Part shown: positions 1 to 11,195 of the stretch, piece by piece
Position numbering within the stretch: the first letter of the stretch is position 1
How the letters are laid out: the number at the start of each line of letters is the position of its first letter
Assembly (NCBI RefSeq): GCF_000400465.1
Contig: NW_008806275.1
Location: forward strand, 519,656 to 551,655
Direction of reading: 5' to 3'
Length of the DNA: 32,000 nucleotides
From: Wallemia ichthyophaga EXF-994
Lineage: Eukaryota > Fungi > Basidiomycota
Made by a program: the position numbers and the translations under genes
The notes under the pieces: model-generated
The model's input: only the letters and a program-made list of their open reading frames with translations
Told to the model about the DNA's origin: nothing
The model's database searches: none

Positions 1-668
1 TCGTCCATGTTGATTGGTAATGCATTGTCGGATTCGAGCTGAGCATCCATCCTGTCTAAATCATCCGTACTATTCTGTGTACTGTCTGCACCATTTGCAC
101 CCCGTATCGTAGTCAACGCAGCGACGAGGTCCTCTGCCAGTGTCTCAGTATTGGGTGGATCCTCTTTGACAGGTTCCCATCCCACAGGCGGGGATCCAGG
201 AGGGCTGATAAGGAAATTTTTCTCTATGCCAGGAACGCTTAGGAAGAATTCGCTGTGAGTCTTGGTCGATACGGGTGTGGGTGTTGGCGGGAGGGAGAAG
301 ACGCGCAGAAGGAAGCCGTGGTTCCAAGCGGGGGCAAGAGGAGCGCAGTCTGAGCGAGCCCTGTGGCGTTTGCGGAGGTGTGGTGTGTGTGGTGTGTGTG
401 GTGTGTGTGTGAGCCCTGTGTGCCCTGTGTGCCCTTTACCCCCCACAGCCAGCCTATCAAGACGATCTTTGCAGAGCTGCGCATCGCCGGCATCCCAGAA
501 AATTGCTATTGCTCTCCCGAATGAACCAAGCGGTATCCACGAGTAGAGCTCGTTATCGGAGCGCAGCGCGTGGGCTTCGATGGCTGATTTGAGGATATCG
601 AGGATGTGCGTGTCGAATATGCAGCTGGGGAGATTGGTGAATACGAGTGTGTTGCTGTGGTGCGTCAT
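1..668 (-). CDS. RCN1: Calcipressin / regulator of calcineurin (RCAN/Rcn1 family), 3' end runs off the window
   Basis: Not in the ORF track because it has no stop in the window. Hand translation from ATG 668 is open to base 1: MTHHSNTLVFTNLP...SWIPLGSFGRAIAIFW (RRM-like), ...LRVFSLPPTPTP..., then IEKNFLISPPGSPPVGWEPVKEDPPNTETLAEDLVAAL. FLISPPxSPP is the RCAN signature. A possible in-frame intron lies at 350-439. Confidence 0.9.
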   Translation of the reverse strand, partial: MTHHSNTLVFTNLPSCIFDTHILDILKSAIEAHALRSDNELYSWIPLGSFGRAIAIFWDAGDAQLCKDRLDRLAVGGKGHTGHTGLTHTPHTPHTPHLRKRHRARSDCAPLAPAWNHGFLLRVFSLPPTPTPVSTKTHSEFFLSVPGIEKNFLISPPGSPPVGWEPVKEDPPNTETLAEDLVAALTTIRGANGADSTQNSTDDLDRMDAQLESDNALPINMD

Positions 669-737
669 TGGCGGTGGTGGTGGTAGTTGAACACTAACTA
701 TCAACTGACAAGTCGATGGATAAATATCAAAGTGTAA

Positions 738-2548
<1,811 letters not shown>

Positions 2549-2603
2549 GTGCATAATGTGTAAATTATTTGAAGAAGAAAAATGAATATATTTATAGCAA
2601 TTT

Positions 2604-4750
2604 TTATGGCAACACCTGCTCGCTTTCTTCGATAATCTATCATGTATTAGTGAGATGCTGCACGTTAGTTGATAACCGAAACTCACCTCGTCGACCCACT
2701 CCTCAACAGTAGTATCATCTTCACCTGTTGCATTCTCCGCAGCGATCTGGGTGAGTTGCTCGCGACACAATTTGCGCCATTCGTTCCACTTGTTGACGAG
2801 CATTTTGCGCTGAGTGAGCAACTCGGCACTGACATTCGACTCTTCGGCTGCATCCTCGTCTTCGAAAGTACGAGAGTAATCTCTGAGATTCTTTCTAATC
2901 TTCTTCTGCTCATCCTTAGGGAGAAGCGTTTTTGGTCTAGGTCTCCAAAGGAATTGTTTGAATTTCTCGATAGACGTTTTGACGACTTCTTGACCCTTGA
3001 GATCCCAGATTGCGTAGCCATTCTCGGCCTGGTGTCTCCAGAAGGATGCACTCGCAGCGAGGAATCTACCACTAGGATCCCACTCAATATCGGTTACGCC
3101 GTAGAATTCAACCTGGGCAATCTGTGCAATGTCCTCCTTCTTCTCATCCATCCCATAATCCACATCCCACAACTCAAGGTCGAATTTAGATTGAGAGCCG
3201 ATGGTCGACAGCACGAGGTATCTGCCGCGAGGGTTCCAGTGGATAGTATTGACGGATTTGTTGTCGAGCGTCTTAAGCAATTTGAAATCACCCTTAGTTT
3301 TGTCTAGTTGGTAGAAGGAGACGCAGGATTTGACGAGCACACCTGGTGCCATTTGCTGCGAGTTGGATGTATCAGACTGAGTGATGATAGTGAAACGTTC
3401 ACCGCGAGGCTCCCAAGCGAAGAAAGTGACTATATCCTTCAACTCGACGACTTCAACAGGATAGTCTTTCTCACGCAAGCGGAATATCTCGAGATTGCAG
3501 AACATTGACTTTTTAGTCTTGGTATGACGGTTGACCTGCACACAGAGGAAATCACCCTGGTTGTGCCAGTTGAGTTTCGCGCTGGATACGTTGAACAGAT
3601 TCTTAGAGCGCAGAATCTGGCGGGATGGGAATGCCATCAACGTTACACGTGCTGGCTGGTTTTCCACTTCAGGCGTCCAATATGCAAGCATATTCTCGCG
3701 CACTCCCTTGCCGCTATGCGCATTCTGCGCGTCTTTGTCTCCCCATGGACACCAGTCGAAATCGACAACACCGGGGATCTTAAGTGACTTTTTGTCGACG
3801 AGATTCATGTCAGGGATTGAGTAGATGGATATTTGCTGACCGGGGACGAGTCTGCCGATAAACTTCTCATCACCTGACCACTTGAGATGCGGCCAAGGCA
3901 TCTTGCCTGGGGTGGTAGGGAAAGTGCGGAGAAGCTCGCCGGTCTTTATGTCCCAAACGGCGAGACTGTTGCCTTGGTCTTCTGGAGAGAAAGGACAGAG
4001 AGTAGAAGAACCCGGTGGAGGGAGAACGATAGGCTCATTTGACCAGGTAATAAAGTAGTTCTCTTTAGGAGAAAAGTCGATGAGTTTTACGTTTGGATGG
4101 GCGAATCTAGACACCTGAGACAAGTTTGGACCACCGTAGAGAATGACACCTTGACGGTGGAGAGTACCAATGTAAGTGCCTTGTGGAGAGAAGGAGACGT
4201 AAGAGTTAGTCCAGTTGTGTTTTGAGTGGGTGGTTTCTGGAGGGTTGTTGCGGTTGTTATAGTTGAGTTGAACGTCGTCGGCGAGGTGGGTGAGGAACTG
4301 GTCTCTACCTCGAGGATCATTAAGCCAAGACTTGAGATGGTCTTTGGGGTTGTGAGGGGGAATAGTAGGTTCAGTGTACTCATCGGAAGCATTAAGGTAG
4401 GCGTCGATCTGAGAGAATTTGTTGATCTTGAACGTGTGCTTTGAATCGAATGGAGAATCATCGAGCTTGTTGATTAAGGTGTTTGCCTCATTTGAGGATT
4501 TGAGAGTGAGGAATATGTAGCCATCAGATTTGCCTTGGTTGAGTGGCATGTAAAACTGGTCATCACTAACATCAATACCAGCTTTGGCAGAGATAGCCTT
4601 GGTTAAAGCTTTGAATAACTTTGATTGTTTTTCTGGGGAGATGATTGGCATTCCATCGAGTACAACGATAGAGTCGAGTGGGTTGATGGGTTCGATGGAG
4701 TGTTTGGCGTAGATGTCCGTGTAGTCTGTGGTGTCTGCGGGGTTTTCCAT
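2604..4750 (-). CDS. PRT1: Translation initiation factor eIF3 subunit B (Prt1)
   Basis: N-terminal RRM (IVVLDGMP...GYIFL), WD40/eIF2A-like propeller (SPQGTYI, FAHPNVKLIDFSPKENY, WEPRGERF, WDPSGRF) and FKQFLWRPRP. ATG 4750 (MENPADTT). Intron 2637-2686 gives the C-terminus VEEWVDE|IIEESEQVLP*. Confidence 0.95.
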
Positions 4751-4772
4751 CGTTGTTATAGTCGAAGAAGGA

Positions 4773-4860
4773 AGACTTGAAATATTCAAGTGAATTTGAG
4801 ATTTAATAGTTGAAGCAAGGAGACTTGAAATATTCAAGGGTAAATTAAATAGTAAAGCAA
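4773..4860. repeat. Degenerate 48-bp tandem duplication carrying two identical 18-mers AGACTTGAAATATTCAAG
   Basis: Identical 18-mers at 4773-4790 and 4821-4838. Each contains the inverted repeat CTTGAA-ATA-TTCAAG, and both are followed by aatagt..aagcaa. Confidence 0.85.
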
Positions 4861-4879
4861 ACTACAAAAATAATAGAAA

Positions 4880-5608
4880 CTATTTACTCAATACCCTTTT
4901 CACCTTTTTTAACATGAGATAGAACCAGTAATAGTTGAGTGTGGATAGGGTGATGGTTCCACAGATGTAAGTGAGTATTGTGGGTGTTGAAAGGTAGTAC
5001 CTGTTATAAGTCATAGATTCAATCATTTGCCATACTAAGTGAGTTCCAATAACGATTCTAGCCACAAAAAAGGTCAAGATGAGGGAAATTCCATTGAAAT
5101 ACCACAAGTAACCACCTTTCCAACCAGGAATTCTATCCATGAACCAGTTAACGTTAACAAAAGGCGTTGATAACTCGAATAAAAGGAATTTGTAACCAAA
5201 GTTCATTAAGAAAGGTTGGAATGATAGTAACATCATTGAGAAACACGCTAATCCATGGAGAGTGAAGGGTATATCGTGTAGCTGTATTGATGTTATACTG
5301 TCCCATAAGAAATATCCCATTGAAACCGCATGTAATTGACCAACCAACGAGTTGTAACTGAATATTTGATATCTATCGAGTGGTTCTAGGTGATATAAGT
5401 ATAAACAAGGTGCTATAACCAATATTGAATGCAACAATGCCACTAAATGACAATTGAATTGCTTCTTTTCCTTGTTATAAATACCCTCAATCGGTTTAAA
5501 CACCCATCCACCCATCCACTCCACTAAACTACATCCAATGAATGATATCGTAAATAGATTCAAGTGATTTGATAGGTGGGGGAGGTGTTTTAATATCTCT
5601 AATCTCAT
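4880..5608 (-). CDS. TLC (TRAM/LAG1/CLN8) domain membrane protein, TMEM56/Tda4-like
   Basis: Intronless, multiple hydrophobic helices, with motifs GYFLWD, HGLAC, FLLFELSTPFVNVNWFMD and TFFVARI. Confidence 0.85.
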   Translation of the reverse strand: MRLEILKHLPHLSNHLNLFTISFIGCSLVEWMGGWVFKPIEGIYNKEKKQFNCHLVALLHSILVIAPCLYLYHLEPLDRYQIFSYNSLVGQLHAVSMGYFLWDSITSIQLHDIPFTLHGLACFSMMLLSFQPFLMNFGYKFLLFELSTPFVNVNWFMDRIPGWKGGYLWYFNGISLILTFFVARIVIGTHLVWQMIESMTYNRYYLSTPTILTYICGTITLSTLNYYWFYLMLKKVKRVLSK

Positions 5609-5645
5609 TGGTGGATCCTTCTTGGTTGTTTACTATCAACAGTTA

Positions 5646-8600
5646 ATGTCCGAGTATGGCGCTATAAACTACGGTGATATTTCTACTTATTTATCTAATA
5701 AACAATCGAAATTAAATAATCAAAATGACAAGGATTTCACTGTCAAATCAAATCTCTTTTCTGGCTTGAAGTTGCATGTCAGTTGCCGTGCTATCTCTTC
5801 ATCTCCACCATCTCACCCACTCAACCCCAGGTTAACGGATATACCAACCCTTCTCTCTCCCAACTACGCAGAATTATCATCGAAAATGGCGGCGTCTATC
5901 TCCACTATCTCAACAACAAATCAGACGTCACTCACATCATCTCAAACAATCTCACTCCCAGGAAAATTATTCAATTTAAAAACATCAAATGTTGTACCCC
6001 AAAGTGGCTGCTAGACTCTCTCTCTCACAGATCTCTCCTCCCGTGGCAAAATTACATGCTAATCTCTGACCACTCTCAGAGGAAAATTTTCACTAACAAC
6101 TCTCCCAACAAACACACTGAATCCTTACTGCAATCTGAACAGTGGAGACAGCAAAACACGGCTCAATCTGATAGCTTTCTTGAATCGTATTACTCAAACT
6201 CACGCCTACACTTTCTAAGCTCGGGTAAGGCTTCTTTGAAGGAGCTGGTGGGGTGTGCGCAGCGCAGTGTCGATGAGGGTGGTGAAACAGTGCAAGCGGA
6301 AGGTGATCAGGGTACACAACACACACACGACACCCACCAATCTCGCACAATCTTCCACGTAGACATGGACTCCTTCTTCGTTTCAGCCTCTCTCTCTCTC
6401 CCAAAGCACTCTCATCTGCGCGAGTCTCCTGTAGCGATATCCCACTCCTCCTCTTCCTCCCACGCCTCCACTTCCGAACTAGCCAGCGTCAACTACAAAG
6501 CGCGTGAGCGTGGCGTGCGCAACGGGATGGTAAAGTCGACTGCTCTGGCACTATGTCCCACGCTCATCACCCTTCCCTACGACTTCACGCTCTACAATGC
6601 CATTACGGTGCAGTTATACACGATCCTCTTGCGCAACTGTGCGCGTGTCGAGGCGGTGTCTGTGGACGAGGCGCTGCTGGAGATGGAGGTGAAGGTGGTT
6701 GAGGGCGGGAGAGAAAATGGGAGCGGGATTGCGCCTTCACATTTACCCACCGCCCACTCCGTAGCTATCAAAATACGCGCAGAGATACAGTCCCTGACAC
6801 GGTGCACGGCCAGCGTCGGTATCGGGAGCAGTATTCTCCTCGCGAAGCTCGCCACAAGACAAGCTAAACCTAACGGTATTTTCCATCTGCATGACCATCT
6901 TGCCACCAATTTCCTTGCTCCTCTCCCCTTCGATGCCCTGCCTGGGGTCGGTGGCGAGACAGCGCGCAAGCTGCAGGCGCTCAACGCAGAAACTATCGGT
7001 GATCTGCTTGCACGAGTGCGCTTGGGGGATGTCCAGCGGGTGCTTGGGCAGAAGAAAGGTGAAATGATCTGGAACTATGCACATGGAATAGATACCCGCC
7101 CTCTAAAACTGGCGAATGAGACACACAACCATAAAAGACAGTCCGTCAGCGCTGAAGTGAATTACGGGATCCGGTTCGAGGGTGTGGATGAAACGCGGCG
7201 ATTTTTCACTAACCTCGCTAATGAGCTGGGTAGACGACTTAAAGCAAACAAGTGCAGAGGCGGACAGTTGACAGTTAAGCTCATGGTGCGCAGTAAGGAC
7301 GCCCCTAAGGAACCTGCTAAGTTTCTCGGTCATGGTGTTGTCGATAATCTCAGTAGGAGCGCTCCTCTCGCTTCTGGTAACAAGGCAGATGTGGGTGCGG
7401 GTCGGAGCGGGAAGGGGAATGCGGACTGTACTGATGATCCTGCCATCATCGCTCAGTGCGCTTGGCATATCTTCTCTTCCCTTGCCATAGACGTCCGAGA
7501 ACTCAGAGGTGTCGGCTTTCAAGTGGGTAAATTGTTCCACGATGGTGTGGATGATGCTAGTCGTAAAAAGGAAATTGTAATTGAAAGAAATAAAGACAAG
7601 GAGACGGAGAAAGGAAAAGGGAAAGAAGGGATTGAGAGCTTTTTCAAGAAACCTTCACATAGGAGCTCGGCAATCGCACAACCTAGCACCAGCTCCACCA
7701 GCAGCAGCGCCAGCACGAAAACTAACGCTGCTAGTGACGTGATAGATATATCGAGTGACGTGGATGAATCGAGCTCAGATAACCTGGGCCAATTGCAAGT
7801 ACCAAAATTGCACACGCCACACACATCACACACTCCGCACTCTCGACATATTCCCTCCTCCACATTCACATCCACATCCGACGATAGCATAAATAGCACA
7901 ACTACAATGCCGACTCAGGCTGATCGCACTGTTTGGAAGGCTATCCCGCGCAGTATCCGCAAGGAGGTCCTAGACGAGCGTGCACGGGTGCAAAATGCCC
8001 TACGCACGCCCTTCAAGGTTCCTTTTAAGAGGGGTGAGAAGGGGGAAAAAGGGGAAAAGGAGAAGGCGTTAGCGCAAGAGAAAAAGAAGAAAAGAGAGAA
8101 GAAAATGGAAATGGAGCAAGGGAAGGAGAAAGCACAAACAGATGTAGGCAGGAGTGACAGTGGTGATGACGATGATGATATGGCTCAAGCTGTGTCAGTG
8201 AATCATCCTAGTCTTGATCCTGATCCTGATCTTGAGCAACACCGCCGCGTTGGTAGTGACAAACACATTCACCACAACAGTGACCTTAGCAATTACAACA
8301 ATCTCATGCCCACACCCACGTCATCGGTATACATGTTGCCTTCGCAAGCCGATCCGAGCGTCTGGCGCGCGCTGCCGTCGTCTATCCGCAACGAAGTCCT
8401 CAGTGACCGCCAAGCACTATCGCGCGCGACGAACAAGCGTGTACGGGTGCATGTGTCGCCGGAAGCAGGGGTGGAAGGAGAAGGAGAAGCAGCTTCAAAC
8501 TCATACTCAACTTCCACACCGTCATCCGACCGCACCGCGCACACACAGCACTCATCGCACACCCCCCTTCTCACACCCTCCGTGCACCTCAAACCGACGC

Positions 8601-9316
8601 AGGCGGATGCAGAGGTGTGGCGTGCGTTGCCGTCAACCATCCGCAAGGAAATTTTGGGGGAGCGAAAAGAGCAGGAAAAAGAGAAGCAGAAGCAGAAGGA
8701 GCAAACCACTAGCATCGCCTCAGATACCCTTCCTTCACCCTCCCTCATCGCACCTAACAGCCAGATAGACGGCGCGGTGTGGCGTGAGCTGCCGCCGAGT
8801 GTACGGCGCAACCTGTTTGAGGAGATGAGAGAGGAGCGTGGGGAGGGAAGGGGGCGAGAGGAGCAAGAAAAGCGAGATCAGGAGAAACAGAGAAAGAAGC
8901 AGAGAATGGAAAAGACGCATAACACCCATACAGAACAACCAACCATAACACACAAATCTAATATGAAAGCTCAGCGCTCAAAAGCTGCAGTACTGATGCA
9001 CAGGGTTGATATGGGGGACATAGTGAGCGTGGTAGAGCAGTGGCTGGACACGTTCCACACTCAGGGCCCGCTTGCGCGTGACGTAGATAGGATAAAGCTG
9101 TACATGCAGAAATCGTTGACAGAGGATACGGAGGGGATGGCCAAGACGCGCGTGCTGCTGAAGATGTGGAAGCGGAAGCAGGCTGAGTGGGTTTATGGCT
9201 CGGAAGTAGATGCAGTGGCAGTGGACTCTCTATGGCAACACGCCTTTGACGACGTCAAGCAGTGCGTAGATGAGATTGTCATGTCCAAGTGGGGATGTCG
9301 GCTGAGTGTGAAGTGA
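5646..9316 (+). CDS. REV1: DNA repair / translesion polymerase REV1 (Y-family deoxycytidyl transferase)
   Basis: ATG 5646 (MSEYGAINYGDISTYLSNKQSKL). Intron 5778-5830 joins LFSGLKLH|VNGYTNPS (BRCT, ...TPKWLLDS...LLPW). Catalytic motifs IFHVDMDSFFVS, ASVNYKARERG, AVSVDEA and LLAKLATRQAKPNG; little finger RQSVSAEVNYGIRF; UBM-like repeats; C-terminal Rev1-CTD (EQWLDTF...GP...DV). Confidence 0.94.
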
Positions 9317-9466
9317 AGTGAGGTGGTAGGAATGATTGTATAATTTGTATAAGTAGTTAGCATGTAAAGATAGTGTAGCGTTTAGCATGTATTAGTATTC
9401 ATATTGACGTTAATGAAAGAAATAGGAAGTGATATGTCTTGCTATTCACTTGGACAATCAACCAAA

Positions 9467-9718
9467 TTAGCTCCCACCAAACAGCTTATTCCAATCAAAC
9501 AAGGTGTCGGAACAATCAGGCATGTCATCCATAACATCGAATAAGTTAGTAGGAGGTTTGGAGAAGCGGGAGGAGGAACTGGATGAGGTGTCAAACGTAT
9601 TGGTACTCTCCGCAATGGAGGTGTCGAAAGACTGCGACTTGCGCTCTTTCAGCACGTGCTCGTAATCCGCAATCGCTTTGTCGCCATAATTGTAAGAAAT
9701 GTAGTGGCGCTCTACTTT
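9467..9718 (-). other. Start-less coding-like frame of 83 sense codons; possible orphan exon or gene remnant
   Basis: Open frame KVERHYISYNYGDKAIADYEHVLKERK...LFDWNKLFGGS*, preceded by an in-frame TAA. I found no in-frame ATG near its 5' end and no convincing upstream exon. Confidence 0.25.
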
Positions 9719-10332
9719 TTAAATGAGTGACTTGTCGTCGGTGTCTGGACTGAGTTAAAATGGAGTGTCTAAGAAAAATAACAGCACACGACTTCAATAT
9801 CCCATTTGTAGCTGTGCAAGTGTATTACACAAGTATTTACATGCAACTCATATCTCACACTCTGTCTTGTTAAAACATATCTATGCAAATTTAAAGTTAG
9901 AAAGTGAGTCACAAAAAGTGAAACAGATGGCCTACGATTGTGTAAAACTGGATCAATGCTTTCTTAGCACGTGTTGAAGACTTAGGCACACCTTTCTAGC
10001 ATCGTCGTTAATTGCAAACCTAAAGCACAACCTCAAGCTTATTCGCACTTTGGCATATGTGAAGATTGGAATCTTTGAAGAGAGGCGGGTAGGTGCTCTC
10101 AATAATATAAAGGAATAAAGAACACAAAAAAAGTAAAGATCTCTTATAACACCTTGTTTATAAGGGGAATCAATTTGCCTAATACAAATTAGAGTGAGAT
10201 AGTGCTTGAGAGATAAAGTCCATTGTCGATAGATAGATCTCCAGGTTTCCGGATTTCTAAATTTCTAATATTTCCATGTAAGATATTTCCAAGTATGGTG
10301 GATAAAGGTCCCGCTGAAAGAAGGAAAACGAA

Positions 10333-10977
10333 TTACGTGGGTGTAATGTGAAGGTTCTCCCTTGCAAACGCTATTTTAGCGTCTGCGTTGAGTGCGTCAA
10401 TTTTAACCTCAGAGCCACCTCTAGTAGAGCCATCTAAGCCAGCGATAAGGAATCTGTTAGCGAACCCAACGACCTGGGTTGCTCTATTCTGCGCGCCCTC
10501 ACTAAGATTGATAGTTTGAGCGTCTGCGATGAGGAGACCGGAGAAACAAGGGGGAAGGAGGACTTGAACGGGGCCTTTCTTTGACTTTGCTTGAAGGCGT
10601 AAGGGGAGTCTGGAGGGACAGTCAACGACTTCAACCTTTACTCTACCAGATTTGGAGGAAGCTTCGACGGTGGCGATACCAGAGCCCCCGGAAACCCAAA
10701 CTCTAACGTCTACATAGCCATCATTGGTTTCAAATCTGGCAGAAGGACCTTGAAGGGCAGCTTCCGTGTCATTTTCAGCAGTGTGGAAGGCAGCACCAGT
10801 TGCAATATGGAAAGAGCCCCTAATAGGCATTCTATGGGTTTGTCGAAGGTGAGCCTGTTGAGGGTGTAGACCGGCAGGGGGCGCGGGGACAGCGTAATTA
10901 GGTTGAGGGTGGTTGAGATCTATGGGAGTGTAGCTGTATGGCTCTGGTGGCTGGAATATATTCGAGGTAGTCGACAT
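10333..10977 (-). CDS. Hypothetical protein; beta-rich C-terminal half reminiscent of the basidiomycete DUF7330-like family
   Basis: Intronless 214-aa ATG ORF with a Pro-rich N-terminus, then RFETNDGYVDVRVWV...ASSKSGRVKV...LRLQAKSKKGPVQVLLPPCFSG. The family assignment is from memory only. Confidence 0.6.
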   Translation of the reverse strand: MSTTSNIFQPPEPYSYTPIDLNHPQPNYAVPAPPAGLHPQQAHLRQTHRMPIRGSFHIATGAAFHTAENDTEAALQGPSARFETNDGYVDVRVWVSGGSGIATVEASSKSGRVKVEVVDCPSRLPLRLQAKSKKGPVQVLLPPCFSGLLIADAQTINLSEGAQNRATQVVGFANRFLIAGLDGSTRGGSEVKIDALNADAKIAFARENLHITPT

Positions 10978-11195
10978 ATCACTGCGTGGTGTATGTGCTT
11001 TTACAGCCGGTGGAAAGGGTGATTTGAATGAGCCAAAGTCATCCTTATCTTTGGTGGTGAACGTGGACCTGGGAACCTAATTAATTTTCAGTTTATCATT
11101 TACTTCTTTAACCCACATGACTCGCGTATTGAACCAAAGCCAACGCTGCTTAAACCACAACCACCAAATTCCATCTAATTTTCATTTTCATTTTT

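Noticed and set aside
2669-3307. 212-aa antisense ORF over eIF3b, and similar antisense ORFs over PRP4, REV1, PGI, GCN20, SAH1 and DCP1
   Set aside because: These are shadow frames of highly conserved genes with biased codon usage, with no domain signatures.
4751-4837. N-terminal extension of eIF3b given by the ORF track (MNISSLLASTIKSQIHLNISSLPSS)
   Set aside because: The track's start codon is TTG, and the repeated NISS comes from the 18-bp duplicated element. The first ATG is 4750, after a Kozak-like ACAACG.
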